Assembly (NCBI GenBank): GCA_964016885.1 | Contig: OZ024740.1 | Coordinates: forward strand, 373,984,001-374,048,000 | Direction: 5' to 3' | DNA: 64,000 nucleotides | DNA from: Eledone cirrhosa | Taxonomy: Eukaryota | Shown: positions 1 through 12,690 of the stretch, piece by piece | Numbering within the stretch: position 1 is the stretch's first letter | How the letters are laid out: every line of letters begins with the position of its first letter | Notes under the pieces: model-generated | Database searches by the model: none | What the model saw: only the letters and a program-made list of their open reading frames with translations | Told to the model about the DNA's origin: nothing | Made by a program: the position numbers and the translations under genes

Positions 1-408
1 ATATATATATATATAAATATTAAAACAATGAAATTAAACAAAACGATTAATTCACATTAAACTCATTATGCTACCATAGTTTCTAGGGGGTAGCTCCCCG
101 TATGTCCATTTAATTATTGATCTATGTAAAATATTACAAAATATCATAGTAAAAAAAAATGCATACGTCTTCACTACCCGCCATCTTCGGAAATAATGAG
201 TTTTGTTTATTGAAGAATACATAAAAACATACATTTGAATCAGTAACGTTTTATAAACATGTTGATAATGACCAATTGCAAGAATAGGAAGGGGCAGTAT
301 AGATCTCTTAGGTTGGTAGTAGTAGATGAATAAATAGGCCGTCAGGGGATAAGGTATCAAATGACATTTAAGAAAAGAAAGTTGTTAGTGTAAATGAATT
401 TAGATATA

Positions 409-797
409 TCTTTATATATATAAACGCGAGGACGTGTGTGTGTGTACAATTTGGATACCTAAGGCTTTTACAATGACCAACCGAAATTGACCACATTTTC
501 TGTGCACGTTCCACAGCTCGCTAATATGTTCACATCACAAAAAATATTCCAATCAACCCAGGTTAAGCAATACAATCTCGATATCAAATTATCGGTAGCA
601 AAATTGATGTAAGAAAGATAACCAACTTTATTGACAATCCTTATAAAAAACGGGAGATAACCAACTGCATTGACAATCCCTATAAAGAGACTGCTTATTT
701 TGACAGGTTGGGGACAAATAATGTTCTTCTTTTACTTCCTAGCTATATATTATTAGCATCATTTCAAACAACGAGCAACGCTGGGTAAATCTGCTAG
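409..797 (+). mobile_element. Non-autonomous Helitron-like element
   Basis: Starts TC (409), ends CTAG (794-797) after a subterminal cgagcaacgctggg segment, and sits between host A and T. It has an internal (TG)n and a short internal duplication at about 615-690. Confidence 0.65.
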
Positions 798-1297
798 TTG
801 TATATAAAAGTGTTGATGGTCAAAGAAGATTACTGCTGAGTAAGAGGGGTACTGATATTAGTGTGTTATGTCAAGTAGAATGGTATAGAACCATCTTAAA
901 ATGTTTGTTATTTCCTTGTTGTGAGGAATAATTAGTTCTAAAAACATATATAATATAATATAAATTAATAAGTTGAGGAATATAAATGTAACCACATGGA
1001 AGTGAAATTTAGATATAATATAGATAAAATATTTTATAGGTAAGAAAATACTAAATTTGTGTAAGTATTGTATTGTGTTAGAGTGGTTAGAATGAATTTC
1101 TCCTTGTAGGGAATTATATTTTCGAATAAGAATCTACATTACTAATCTGTGTTTTTTTTTTAAAGGGAAGTTTAAATGGATATCAGTTAAAAGTTTTGTT
1201 AGATTATTAAAAATAATGTAATATATAGTGCTAAATTATAGTTAATTACTTAAAACAGTTATAGGGATGAGTATAGGATTTAATCCATGTATTAATT

Positions 1298-1314
1298 CTA
1301 GTTAGCAGAAAATA

Positions 1315-1346
<32 letters not shown>

Positions 1347-1403
1347 TTTACACCCGCATATATATACACACATATATACACGTGTATATACACACACATA
1401 CGT

Positions 1404-1466
<63 letters not shown>

Positions 1467-1541
1467 TATATAGAGAGAGAGAGATTTACACCCGCATATA
1501 TATACACACATATACACACATGTATATACACACACATACGT

Positions 1542-1612
<71 letters not shown>

Positions 1613-1702
1613 TGTGTGTGTGTACGTATGTGTGTGTATATACATGTGTGTATATGTGTGTATATATATGCGGGTGTAAATCTCTCTCTATATATATATA
1701 TT

Positions 1703-1735
<33 letters not shown>

Positions 1736-1843
1736 ACGTATGTGTGTGTATATACATGTGTGTATATGTGCGTATATATATGCGGGTGTAAATCTCTCTC
1801 TCTCTATATATATATGTATATATATATATTTTCTGCTAACTAG
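1298..1843. repeat. 546-bp compound-microsatellite palindrome
   Basis: ctagttagcagaaa at 1298 and tttctgctaactag ending 1843. Two tandem gatttacacccgca units are mirrored by two tgcgggtgtaaatc units around a central (TA)n. Confidence 0.9.
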
Positions 1844-1850
1844 AATATAC

Positions 1851-1881
<31 letters not shown>

Positions 1882-2119
1882 CACATACACATACTATATA
1901 CACACACACACAAATACATGTACACTCACATATGTATTTACATGGGCATACACTTATGCATACACATACATATACACCCACACATAACATATAGACATAA
2001 ACTCGCACATTTTTTTTCCTATATTATTTTCTATATTTGTTAGTTGTATTTATAATATTTGAATGTCCTTCTAATTTTATGGCTACATACTATAATTAAT
2101 TCTTGTATTTTATTTAATA

Positions 2120-2310
2120 GAGTGTCCTTCGATCTAGTAATTTCAAAAAATATCCTGGGAACACAGTCCACATTCCCTTCTATTGTCCTGATAAGAAATA
2201 GCTCTCTTAAGAATCTTCCAAGTTAGGTTATATTTAATATTCCTCTTTTTATAATTATTAACTCCTTCTGCTAAAGAAGTGGTGTTAGCTAATTTTCTTA
2301 TTATGATATT
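2120..2310 (-). pseudogene. Decayed Penelope-like GIY-YIG C-terminal half
   Basis: KLANTTSLAE...NIKYNLTWKILKRAISY...CGLC parallels the C-terminal half of the GIY-YIG ORFs at 11588, 54459 and 61119. Confidence 0.7.
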
Positions 2311-3394
2311 TTTGTAATATTTTACATAGATCAATAATTAAATGGACATACATCGTAAAATAATGAGTTTTAATATAAATTAACCGTTTTGTGTTTAATT
2401 TCATTGTTTTAATATTTATATTTTTGAATCTGTATCCAATTAATTATATTGTTGAAAGAATTTTGTATTTTAAACTTCGCTTCACGATATATTCTACATA
2501 CGGATTATATTGAGTTCTTCATACGTTTTAGACCCTACCATTAATTGGTAGATTTATCTGTGTATATATACATACAAAGTATTAAAACGATCAAATTTTA
2601 GTTTAGGACATTTATTTGCTGACAATTGTTTCTTCCAGGGGAAAGTCTGGATCCCATCGGAGCATAGGGTATGTCAACACATGTGACTAAAATCCTAGTC
2701 TTTCAGAACATTTAGGATACATACTTGTTGTTAGTGTCATATAGATGGTGGAGAATCAGGAGTAAAAAGATGTTATGCTTGAGAGACCACGTTTACAAGC
2801 AGCAATGAATGAAAATGTAATAAGCATAAGCAAAAAGTACAGGCAAAAATGTTACAAGCAAGGAAAAATGTAGGATAGGATAGACATAAGATATAAGATA
2901 TCTTAACATTGGAAAACAGTTAATGTTATGGGTGTACAATGCAGGAGACAATAACATACAATCAATAAGGCATGTATGAAGAAAGAGTTATAATTTAGTT
3001 GAAATATTGCGTGTGGGATGTTAAAGTATGTTCTCAGTGTTAGAAACGTTTAAGATATCGTGCTATATGTTAGAGAGACATGTGGTGATAATGTAGGTAT
3101 ATGTTATGTGAGGTGTAATGCAAAGCACGTGATACAATTGGATATGTGATTTTCACTCAAGTGTTTTTGTGTTGTAGTTCGTATGTATATGTTGGTTGTA
3201 AGTCACATCTATTAACCAGGGAAATATTTTGAGTCGTGTAGATGTAATTGGTGGGTGTTCGTTAAATGTAAATTCCACCAAATTACAGGCCATGTTGTTG
3301 TAATGGGTATATTATATTTTATCTACAAATTGTCTTTTCTAGGGTTTCTATTAACCGTTATTATGTTATTGGTAAGCTGTTAGGTTGCTTAATG

Positions 3395-3424
<30 letters not shown>

Positions 3425-3430
<6 letters not shown>

Positions 3431-3854
3431 GTTAAAAATGTACATCTACATATGCATACTGAAATACTAGTGTGCATATGAATACACACACGTATACATA
3501 TGTAGATGTAACAAGTCTTTCACTGGTTGCTTTACTGTGAGCAACCCAGCTATTCTGTATGTAAACACACAGACAAACCGGTTTTTAGAGTCATACTGGT
3601 TTTCGAGGAAACACCTTCCCTAGTTCAATATTCCTTGTCTGGCTTTCTGGAGAATAGAGGGAAGGTGTTTCCTCGAAAACCAGTATGACTCTAAAAACCG
3701 GTTTGTCTGTGTGTTTACATACAGAATAGCTGGGTTGCTCACAGTAAAGCAACCAGTGAAAGACTTGTTACATCTACATATGTATACGTGTGTGTATTCA
3801 TATGCACACTAGTATTTCAGTATGCATATGTAGATGTACATTTTTAACTTAATT
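3425..3854. repeat. Foldback, 197-bp arms with 36-bp spacer
   Basis: 3425-3621 is the reverse complement of 3658-3854 with no mismatch seen. The left end abuts (TA)n. Confidence 0.95.
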
Positions 3855-3920
3855 GTTTAAGCGTCAGTCATACAAAAGTGAGTTACAAACGAAACGAAAT
3901 TTAATTTCGTTTCGTTATTT

Positions 3921-3981
<61 letters not shown>

Positions 3982-4239
3982 TTCATTTTAACAGCGTTCC
4001 TGATCAAAAGTCTCTCTCTCTCCTTCTCTTTCTCTTTCTCTCTTTTCTGTCTTTCTTCTTTTCCTTTTTTTTCTTGTTTTCCTTTTTCTCCCTCTCTCTT
4101 ATTTCTTTTTCCTATTGCTCCATCTTCTTCCCTTTTCATGTATTTTAATATCTTTTTCTTACTCTTATATTTCTGTCATATGTAGACTGTACACTTTCTT
4201 GTTGACAAGTGTCTTTAGACCTCATATCATGTTACCTTA

Positions 4240-4305
4240 TTTTATCTGATGAGAACATAAATTTTGTTCCAGGATGATGTTGTTTTCGAAATGCGCATAA
4301 TAAAA
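4240..4305 (+). ncRNA. Type I hammerhead ribozyme (family A)
   Basis: UUUUAU-CUGAUGA-helix II-GAA-AUGCGCAU(palindrome)-A-AUAAAA. Helix I is UUUUAU/AUAAAA. Confidence 0.75.
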
Positions 4306-4384
4306 TATATGGAACTTCTTTAACCTTCTTTTAATTACTTCTTTTATATATAAAAATATATATATGTTAATCAATTTCTAGTTG

Positions 4385-4473
<89 letters not shown>

Positions 4474-4495
4474 CATACCTACATATATATATGTA

Positions 4496-5602
4496 ACAAC
4501 TAGAAATTGATTAACATATAAATAAACATATGAAACAATCACAGGGGATAATGTTTACAAGTGTGTAAGCACACATAGCTAGGTAGGCAACAAAAATAGA
4601 TACCTTATAATATGAGTAATGATCCCTGTATATATTCCATTAAAGAAATATATTTCACCAATTAATAGATTGGTAAACGACGGAGGCCGGTACTTGTATT
4701 CTCAACAAGGAAGAAGTTCAGCTATCTGTGTTTACGCATCAAGTTCAAATCAGCAACTGGCCAGTAACACGTGCTGTATCAACCATAAATACACACATCA
4801 TACCAGCTTCGTCCCAGTGGCGTGAATAGGGTTATCGACAACTAGAAATAGCAGTCAAGTCCTTTCAACAGAGTTAGCTCTACAATTAAGGAGCCGTATT
4901 TATATATCTATATCCAAAATTAAGATAAATCAAAATGAATTTAATCTAAATCAAAATTATGGGTGTCATGCCAGAAAGGCATGCGCCATATCACCCGTAA
5001 AATAAGCTCTAAGATTCTAATGAATAGGTCCGAGCATTTTATAACAACTAGAAATTGATTAACATATAAATAAACATATGAAACAATCACAGGGGATAAT
5101 TTTTACAAGTGTGTAAGCACACATAGCTAGGTAGGTAACTAAATAAAGTTAACAAGAACTTCAAAAATAGATACCTTATAATATGGTTAGTCTTTCCTGT
5201 ATATATTCCATTAAAGAAATGTATTTCACCAATTAATCGATTGCTAAACGACGGAGGCCGGTACTTGGATTCTCAACAAGGAAGAAGTCCAGTAAATACA
5301 GCACGTGTTACTGGCCAGTCGCTGATTTGAACTTAATGCGTAAACACAGATCGCTGGACTTTTTCCTTGTTGAGAATCCAAGTACCGGCCTCCGTCGTTT
5401 ACCAATCGATTTAATGGTGAAATATATTTCTTTAATGGAATATATACAGGGAAGATTAATCATATTATAAGGTATCTATGTTTGAAGTTCTTGTTAACTT
5501 TATTTAGTTACCTACCTAGCTATGTGTGCTTACACACTTGTAAAAATTATCCCCTGTGATTGTTTCATATGCTTATTTATATGTTAATCAATTTCTAGTT
5601 GT
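4496..5602. mobile_element. About 550-bp non-coding unit, 1.45 tandem copies plus inverted partial copy
   Basis: acaactagaaattgattaac recurs at 4496 and 5044. 5296-5602 is the reverse complement of the unit's first ~300 bp. A short inverted end lies at 4362-4387 across (TA)n. The same unit occurs at 60318-60935. Confidence 0.85.
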
Positions 5603-6496
5603 TAATCAATTCTAGTTGTTAAAATATATATATATGCGTATGTTGTGTTTTTCACTATGTCTTAGTGTGTGTGTGTGTGTGCATGTGTATATCGTTATAT
5701 AAATAATTATATATAAAATAGTATTTATAGTTGCTTGAAAAATAGACATGTCAAACATACATGAAAAGTCAAGAGATATTTATAATATTTAATAACACAT
5801 TCCTTTTCTCTGCCTTAACTTCCTTCAGACCTTATGTCATGATTATTCACACATCAATCTTTTATACAGAAAAAGAATAACAAGTGTTAGAATCTAATGG
5901 TGCACGTGGATTCTATTTTCATAATGTGTACGTTTAATTTCTCACTGACAAGGGTCATTCTCTTTTCCGGATAAATTACTTATTATATATTTCTTCAAGA
6001 TAATGATGAGGGAGAAAATTATTTGAAGTCTACTGCAAAGAGACGTACAGCAGCAACACCACCAACACCATCACCACCATACTATCACTACCATCACCAC
6101 CGGCGGCAACCCCACCGCCAACAGCAACACCTTCAACAACACCACCACAAGCACCAACATCGCAAACTCAACATAAAACACACACACCCAGTGACGACAA
6201 GACAATAGCAAAACCACACTCCACCCCCAAAACGAGAAATGCACAGCAATAAATACACACAAGAAACAAATGACTTACATAATTGAACGCACAGACATTT
6301 CACAGCACGATTACATAATACCAGCACCAATCAAAACACCATTGAACATTAGACAGAAACAATACACTAATATTAAAATGAAATTCCCCAACGCAGTTGG
6401 TGATTTCAGAGATCTAGGAGGGGACGGTTCAGCGGTCGCTTCAACAGACGATCAAGGTAAGTGACCCTTTCTCACTTGCCCCGTTCCTCACCCAAC

Positions 6497-9400
6497 ATGG
6501 CCGTATTCAAGATCGGAAGTGTAAAGGCGCGTGGCTTGAGCTCGGTTTGGAAGCAGGGTCACTTGCTTAACGACCTCAGGTCACTAAACATAGATGTGGT
6601 TGCCATCAACGAGGCGAGAATCTCCGAAACGTGAGCTTTCGCATCAATCTTCGACGGTTACGAGGTATAAGCATCACCGAGCCGTCCGAGAGCGGGGGAC
6701 GGTGTGGCTGTGTTGTTTCGGAAATGCCATACGGACCATCTTCCTGGACCCAGAAGGTAAGTCGGTGGTGCTGGACGTGAACGGCACCGAAGGCAACGCT
6801 TTCAGGCTAGTAGCCGTCTATGTCCCGACAAGGACAGGACGGCCAGATATCTTAGACATCTAGATACCTTTCTGGGAACGTCCTGCGCTTTAGTCGGCGA
6901 CTGGAACGGTATCTTGGATGCACGCTGGGATTGTGTGGGGCTAGTGGATAGTTGGCGAGGGTGCAAGAGCCTCACCAATCAGCTAAGACGTTTTGAACTG
7001 TCTGACAGGTATCGACTGGGTCACTCGAATGCGCCAATGTGGACATGGACAAACCGCATCGAGTCATCCACATCGTATCTAGATAGGGTACCCTGCAGGG
7101 CACTAGATAAGGCTAGTATAGGTTGCCCACAATTAAAAATAGTCGACTACACAGACCACAAATATGTGATCTGTGAGATCGACATAGAGAGACTTCATAG
7201 ATAAGGACATGGTTGCTAGAAGCTGAACGCGTCTTTCCCGGCGCGAAAAGCCTACAGAGACCGGATTAGCGTATTAGTTAAGCGGTCGTTGACAGGAGCG
7301 GTCGTCAACAACAGGTGATGGTTTGCCCTGAAAAGGGCAATTAAAGTAGAGTCGATTAGGTTTAGCAAAGGAGTAGAGGGAGAGGAAAATAGAGTAGAGG
7401 GAGAGCTAGTCAGAAAGCTAGAGGAGGCGTTTAGGACAGGCATCGCAACCGACGTGCTTGCGGCGAGATTGGCACTCGACCAATTATTCAACGCAAAACA
7501 CGAAGGCTGCGTTGAATCTCAAACACGAGGGGACGAAAGCCGTCCAATGGGCCCCGGCGGCAGAGGTGCAACGTGGCAAAAAGCTACAACTCGATCTTTG
7601 TCTGACCAAAACGGGTGCGTGTTGCTCGAACCCGAGCAGATGTGTGAGGCTTTTGAGCAGCACTTTGCTGAAATGTTCGGGAGCGGCTGCGGGCCGTCGG
7701 GGTATGGACTTCAGTGCATACCTCACCGAACTTCCTCGGCTCTCGAGGACCGCAGCACAGTGTTGCGAAAAGCTAATAACAGCCGGTGAAATACGAGAAG
7801 CGATGGCTAACTGCACGAGGGGTAAATCGCCAGGTTTGGATTGTCTGCCCTAGGAGCTTTATGCATTTATGCTAGACATGTTCGTTGAATCTTGGCAGAC
7901 GTCTACTGCAACTGGCAGCAGAACCGGAGCATTCCCAGTGTTGTGGGCCGGGAAGCGTTGGCGCTGCTGAGAAAAGACCCGAACAAGATGGATGTTATCG
8001 ATAACTGCAGGCCCATAACTCTGCTAAATGCAGAGTTCAAGATTTTGGCTAAGGTGTTAGTAAAGAAGTTGTTGCTTGTCGTCGAGAGTCTGATGGGAGA
8101 GGCGCAGATATGCGCCATTGCGAGAGATCCATACACGACAACCTCCTCCTCATGTGATACATTGTAGAGAGGGTGGTTAAGGAAACTGGCACAGGTGGGG
8201 CCCTGATCAACTTGAATCAATTCAAAGCATTCGATAGGGTCGACCATCGATAACTGGCGGCGGTGCTCGAGGCACCCTGTTTCGGGCCCGTTTTCAGGAG
8301 TTGATTTCCTGCGATATACAGCGACATCTGCTCAGTTGTGAGGGTGACCCATCATCTGTCGCAGCCGTTCGGCATCATGCGTTCGGTCCGCCAGGGTTGT
8401 CCCCTATCGTCCCTCTTGTACGTATTGGCTCTCGAGCCGTTATTGCACAAACTGGGGGCGATGAGGAGCGTCACACGCGAACTAGGATGCGGAAAATCCG
8501 AGTCGGCTTGCGCCAAGACTTCACCAGGTTGCTGTCTAACACAAGACACATCCAGATGTCCGGCACCGCTCTAAAGGAATATGAAGCGGTGACGGGAGCA
8601 AAGATAAAAAAGGGAAGCATCGGTGGGTTTCCAGCTCGGTACCTGGAGAGGCAAGTCCATGCCGTCTGACAGCGTCGAGGGGCGTTGGACGGATGGACCG
8701 GTTAAATTGTTCGGGGTCTGATTGGGACCGGACCTCCAGATGGAGAAAAACTGGAATGAGGTGTCGAGCAGGGTGGCCTCCCTCAACCAGAAATGGGCCG
8801 AGAAGAAGCTGTCCCTGAAAGGCCGGGCGGGGGTGGAGAATGTGTACCGACATCACATCCATCATCTGCTACCACCTCACCGTCGTCATTTGCCCCGGCC
8901 CAACTCTCACCAAAATGGAGCACCTCCTATTCCGCTTTTTATGGAATGGACAAGCTCCCATGGTCAGACGATCCATCTGCTGTCAACACCCGTTGCGTGG
9001 AGGAATGGGCATTCCATGGCTGATGAGGCGCAAACATGCGCTGAGGCTGCGACATGTCTGGTGCTTCCTTGATGGTGACATGTGTGGTCGCCGTTCGCCA
9101 GGCACGTTTTCCCACAGCTCCTCTCCTTGACGGAACTGCAGTCCTGGGTCAGGACAAAAACCAAGGTATAGCGCTTGGAAACTGGATTGTCTCCAGGCGC
9201 TCACTGCCCACTGCCAGCTGGGCACCAGTATCGGTGGAACATCGACCTTGGCGTTCTAGAGAGGACTAGTGGAGGGGAAGAGCGCCGACGTTCTCGGAGA
9301 GATCCCGGGCGAAGAAAATCAGCTGTTTGCTCTCTTACAGAGAACTTTCAACCCAGGGGCTATGGATAACTTCCAGAATTCCCCGGCCTGGCAGTGCTAC

Positions 9401-10180
9401 CGCGAACCTTGCCGGTTCCAGATAAGCTCGACAGGCACGGAAGTGCCGTCAGCCGAGCCTGTCCGAGATGCGCGTAGAGCAACGAAACCGTCGTGCACGC
9501 ACTTGTTCAGTGGCCGGGCATTTCGCAACACTATTAGCTTTTCGAATAGTTGCTGTCGCGTGTAGGACCGATCCATTATGCTGATGGTCTCGCCGTCTTC
9601 CTTCGAGGAGGAAGGGGAGGCGGTTTTCATCTGCCTGGTGGCCATGCCGAAAGAGATTGTGTGGTGGAAAAGGTTGAAAGGGTTAAAGACAGACACTTTC
9701 CTCTTCGGCGAATCCCTGATTAACTTTTTCAAGTTACACTTGAAGAGGAAAGTCAGGGTGGAGAGGCAAGTGCTGTCTTCTAGTTTGTTGAAAGGTGGGT
9801 GAATGTAGCGAGAATGGTCCGAGTGAACGGGATCGCTATGAATATACGCTTGTAGTTTGAGGAATGGGAAAAGATTGAGAGAGGTTGCTTGCCCTCTTGG
9901 TCAGAGTGGCCGTGGTCTTTTGTGTGGTTTTCACCACGTGTAACCCTTGGAGGTTTCCCCCCTAAGTGGGAATGTTTCATTGTTTGAATTTTCATTTTTA
10001 TAGGTTTTTGTATATATATGTTTCTATGCCTTTTTTCTCTTTCGTTTCTTATATAAATAATAAAAAATCTTTCCACGCACAAAACCCACATCGTACCGTC
10101 CTGTAGCGTCCTGTGCCATCTGTAATGTTTTTCTTGATGTCAGCACTTGTGGCCAATAAAGAAATCATTATTATTATTAT
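6497..10180 (+). mobile_element. Decayed Tx1/L1-type LINE ORF2 (AP endonuclease + RT + C-terminal zinc region) with (ATT)n tail
   Basis: MAVFKIGSVKARGL start, FRLVAVYVP, SYLDRV, YTDHK, KSPGLDCLP, RPITLLNAEFKILAKVL, VRQGCPLSSLLYVLALEPLL. Many frameshifts and stops. AATAAA is followed by (ATT)n. Confidence 0.92.
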
Positions 10181-10181
10181 T

Positions 10182-10600
10182 CTTTGACTCTCAGTCATTG
10201 ATGTTATTTAACTGGAAGTTTTGTAGAATTGAATATCAAGCCACTACCTACAGCCTCAGGCATTCAGAACGTATCGGAGTTTTATGGCTGTTCCCAGCAA
10301 GCATGCCTTTTGAAGTGTTCCAAAAAGCGGTGCTGTACTAATCCTCTTTGTATCCTTGGGAACTCTTTGAGATAATACCTAGTTCGCCTATGACAATCGG
10401 GACGAACTTGTTTTCATTGCAGTTCCATATCCTTTTTAACTCCCACTTTAAATTCTGTTATCTGTTAATTTTTTTCCCTCTCCTTTTCTTGTACTCTCGT
10501 GTCAAATGGGCAGGTTACATCTACAATCAGGCACGATCTTTTTTCCTTGTCCCAAACCACAAGGTCAGGCCTATTGTGTTCTAATTTCTGGTCCGTCTGT
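10182..10600 (-). mobile_element. 3' fragment of R4/Dong-type LINE (restriction-like endonuclease)
   Basis: Reverse-complement homolog of 26060-26560, bounded by (ATT)n on both sides. Confidence 0.75.
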
Positions 10601-10616
10601 TTATTATTATTATTGT

Positions 10617-11270
10617 GTGGTGGATTGGCAGTATCGGTAGAGGGTCGGACAATATGCTTTGACGCATAGAGTTACGACCCTTGCCATTGTGAGTTCAAAT
10701 CCCGCCGAGGTTAACTTTACCTTTCATCTTTACGGGGTCGATAAAATAAAGTACCAGTAATGCACTGAGTAATTGCTGGCCTTGTGCCAACATTAGAAAC
10801 AGTTATTATTATTATTATTATTGGCAGTATCGGAATTGGCAGTGGATGGCAGTATCGGAAGAGGGTCGGACACCATGCTTTGCAGCATAGAGTTACGGCC
10901 CTTTACAGTCTGATTTCAAATCACGCCGAGGTTAAGTTTGCCTTTTATCCATACAGGGTCGATAAAATAAAGTAACAGTCACGCACTGGGGTCGTTTTAA
11001 TCGACTTCCCACCCCCAAAAAATTGCTGGCTTTGTGCCTATATAAGAAACCCTTATTATTCTTAGCAGTATCGGTAGAACACCAGATACCATGCTTTGCT
11101 GATTAGTGTTACGGCCCCTTTCGGTCTGATTTCAAATCCCACCAAGTTTAATTTTGTGTTTCATCTTTACGGGGTAGATACAATAAAGTACCAGTTACGT
11201 ACTGGCGTCGATTAAATCGACTTTCCACTCCTCCAAAATTGCTGGCCTTGTGCCTATATAAGAAGCCATT
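10617..11270 (+). mobile_element. Three tandem tRNA-type SINE copies with (ATT)n tails
   Basis: Repeats of ggcagtatcggtag...g(a/t)ttcaaatcccgccgaggtt...gtcgataaaataaagtaccagt...gctggccttgtgcc, with B-box-like GTTCAAATCC. Confidence 0.8.
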
Positions 11271-11294
11271 ATTATTATTGTTGTTATTCTCGGA

Positions 11295-11425
11295 GTATGA
11301 GGCATTGATGTTATTTAACTGGAAAGTTTTTTTCAAATGCCGCTACCTGCAGCCGCAGATATTCAGGACGTATCGGAATGTCCTTTCTCTTCACAGCAAG
11401 CATGCCTTTCGAAGTCTTCCAAAAA
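11295..11425 (-). mobile_element. Short R4/Dong-type LINE 3' end
   Basis: Matches 10195-10330 (cattgatgttatttaactggaa...cagcaagcatgccttt), next to (ATT)n. Confidence 0.65.
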
Positions 11426-11477
11426 AGGGGTGGTGGACTAATGATCTTTATATTATTATTATATATTATTAACAATA

Positions 11478-12622
11478 ACTATACCGGCCTTAAGAACTCT
11501 CTAGCAGCATCCAATAGTGCTCGCAACGGCCTCCGCAGACGCAACCAGCATAACCGCGAAATGACTGGGGAACATGCATGACTTGACGTGCGGAATAACA
11601 ATCGCACCACCCCGCGTGAAGTAGGTTGTAATGGTGTTAACGACAGCTGCGGAAGCATAGGTAACAATGTAGGCAGCAACAATGATAGCCTTACCGAGGG
11701 AAATAGATGGAACCGCAACAGAAATTGCAACTGCCGCGACAGGGGACGCTGCTCCCTTAGAGGATACTGCTTGACTGATAAGGTTATATATAGATGCACT
11801 GTAACTAGCCACAATAGCGTTAAACATTATATAGGGGCTACCTCCGGCCCGTTCAAAATTAGGTTTCGAACACATCTCCACTCTTTCACAAATAAAAAAC
11901 TAAAACACTCCACTTCGCTCGCTGAATACATCACATCACTAAAGGACTAAAACATCAGTTTCTCCACGCCCTGGGATATTGTCGGCAGGGCTGCACCGTA
12001 CAACCTCAAGAGGAAGTGTGATCTTTGCCTCATGGAGCTCTACCACATCAGAACTGAAACCTACGAGCTCATCAACAGCAGAGCTGAAACAGCGATAAGT
12101 TGAACACATCGCTTAAAAATATCCTTCTTCAGATGGGCTAAGGATGAGGAGTGAAACTGTGCACCGGATCTCCCTGCAACAAGTGTTAACACCCCGGCGG
12201 GCAGGCGGTGCAAAATAACACCCAGGAAACTAACCGTGCATATCAGACCCAGCCTCAATCGACCCAGACAAACAGGTGCGGAAAAACAAACGTCTCAAAA
12301 TAAGCGTTGGTTACATGACCCTGTGCGTATCGACAATGGTAAGGTTGTAATCTCATCTTCTAACGGATACAAATTTGTCCGGGAAAGACTGCTCTAACAC
12401 CGGCCAGAGATACCTCCCTTGACCTACTGCAAAAGCAAAAGAATGTATTTTTGCGACCAATGAACCTTGACGTGAATTTAACCCCAAAAACTCTTTCGAG
12501 CAATGTAAGGAACACTTTTGGTTATTTATGCCCTTGAGAAGCTCAACTGGGCGAAACGTACGTGTGGTGCATTTTAAATAAACATGTTTTAACGGTCTAT
12601 TCTCCGATTTCTTACTTTTCCA
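11478..12622 (+). mobile_element. 5'-truncated Penelope-like element: Cys-rich linker + GIY-YIG endonuclease + pLTR-like 3' UTR
   Basis: CNCRDRGRCSLRGYCLTDKVIYRCTVT...HYIGATSGPFKIRFRTHLHSF...HSTSLAEYI, followed by WDIV...CDLC. Ends at (TA)n. Confidence 0.9.
12528..12572 (+). ncRNA. Hammerhead-like motif, U3-A8 core variant, in PLE 3' UTR (degenerate)
   Basis: UUGAGAA-GCUC aacu GGGC-GAA-ACGUACGU(palindrome)-G. Helix I is imperfect and position 17 is G, so this copy is probably inactive. Confidence 0.55.
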
Positions 12623-12623
12623 C

Positions 12624-12690
<67 letters not shown>

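Noticed and set aside
20-1290. Possible very old Penelope relic on the minus strand
   Set aside because: Only a faint IIPHNKEI linker-like stretch and a broken CCGAAGA motif. Too degenerate to call.
5362-5440. UUGAGAA...GAAA variant hammerhead in the 550-bp unit
   Set aside because: No helix I closure, and a stronger competing hairpin.
6023-6210. His/Gln/Pro-rich ORF
   Set aside because: It is a degenerate (CAC/CAA)n repeat with no splice or domain support.
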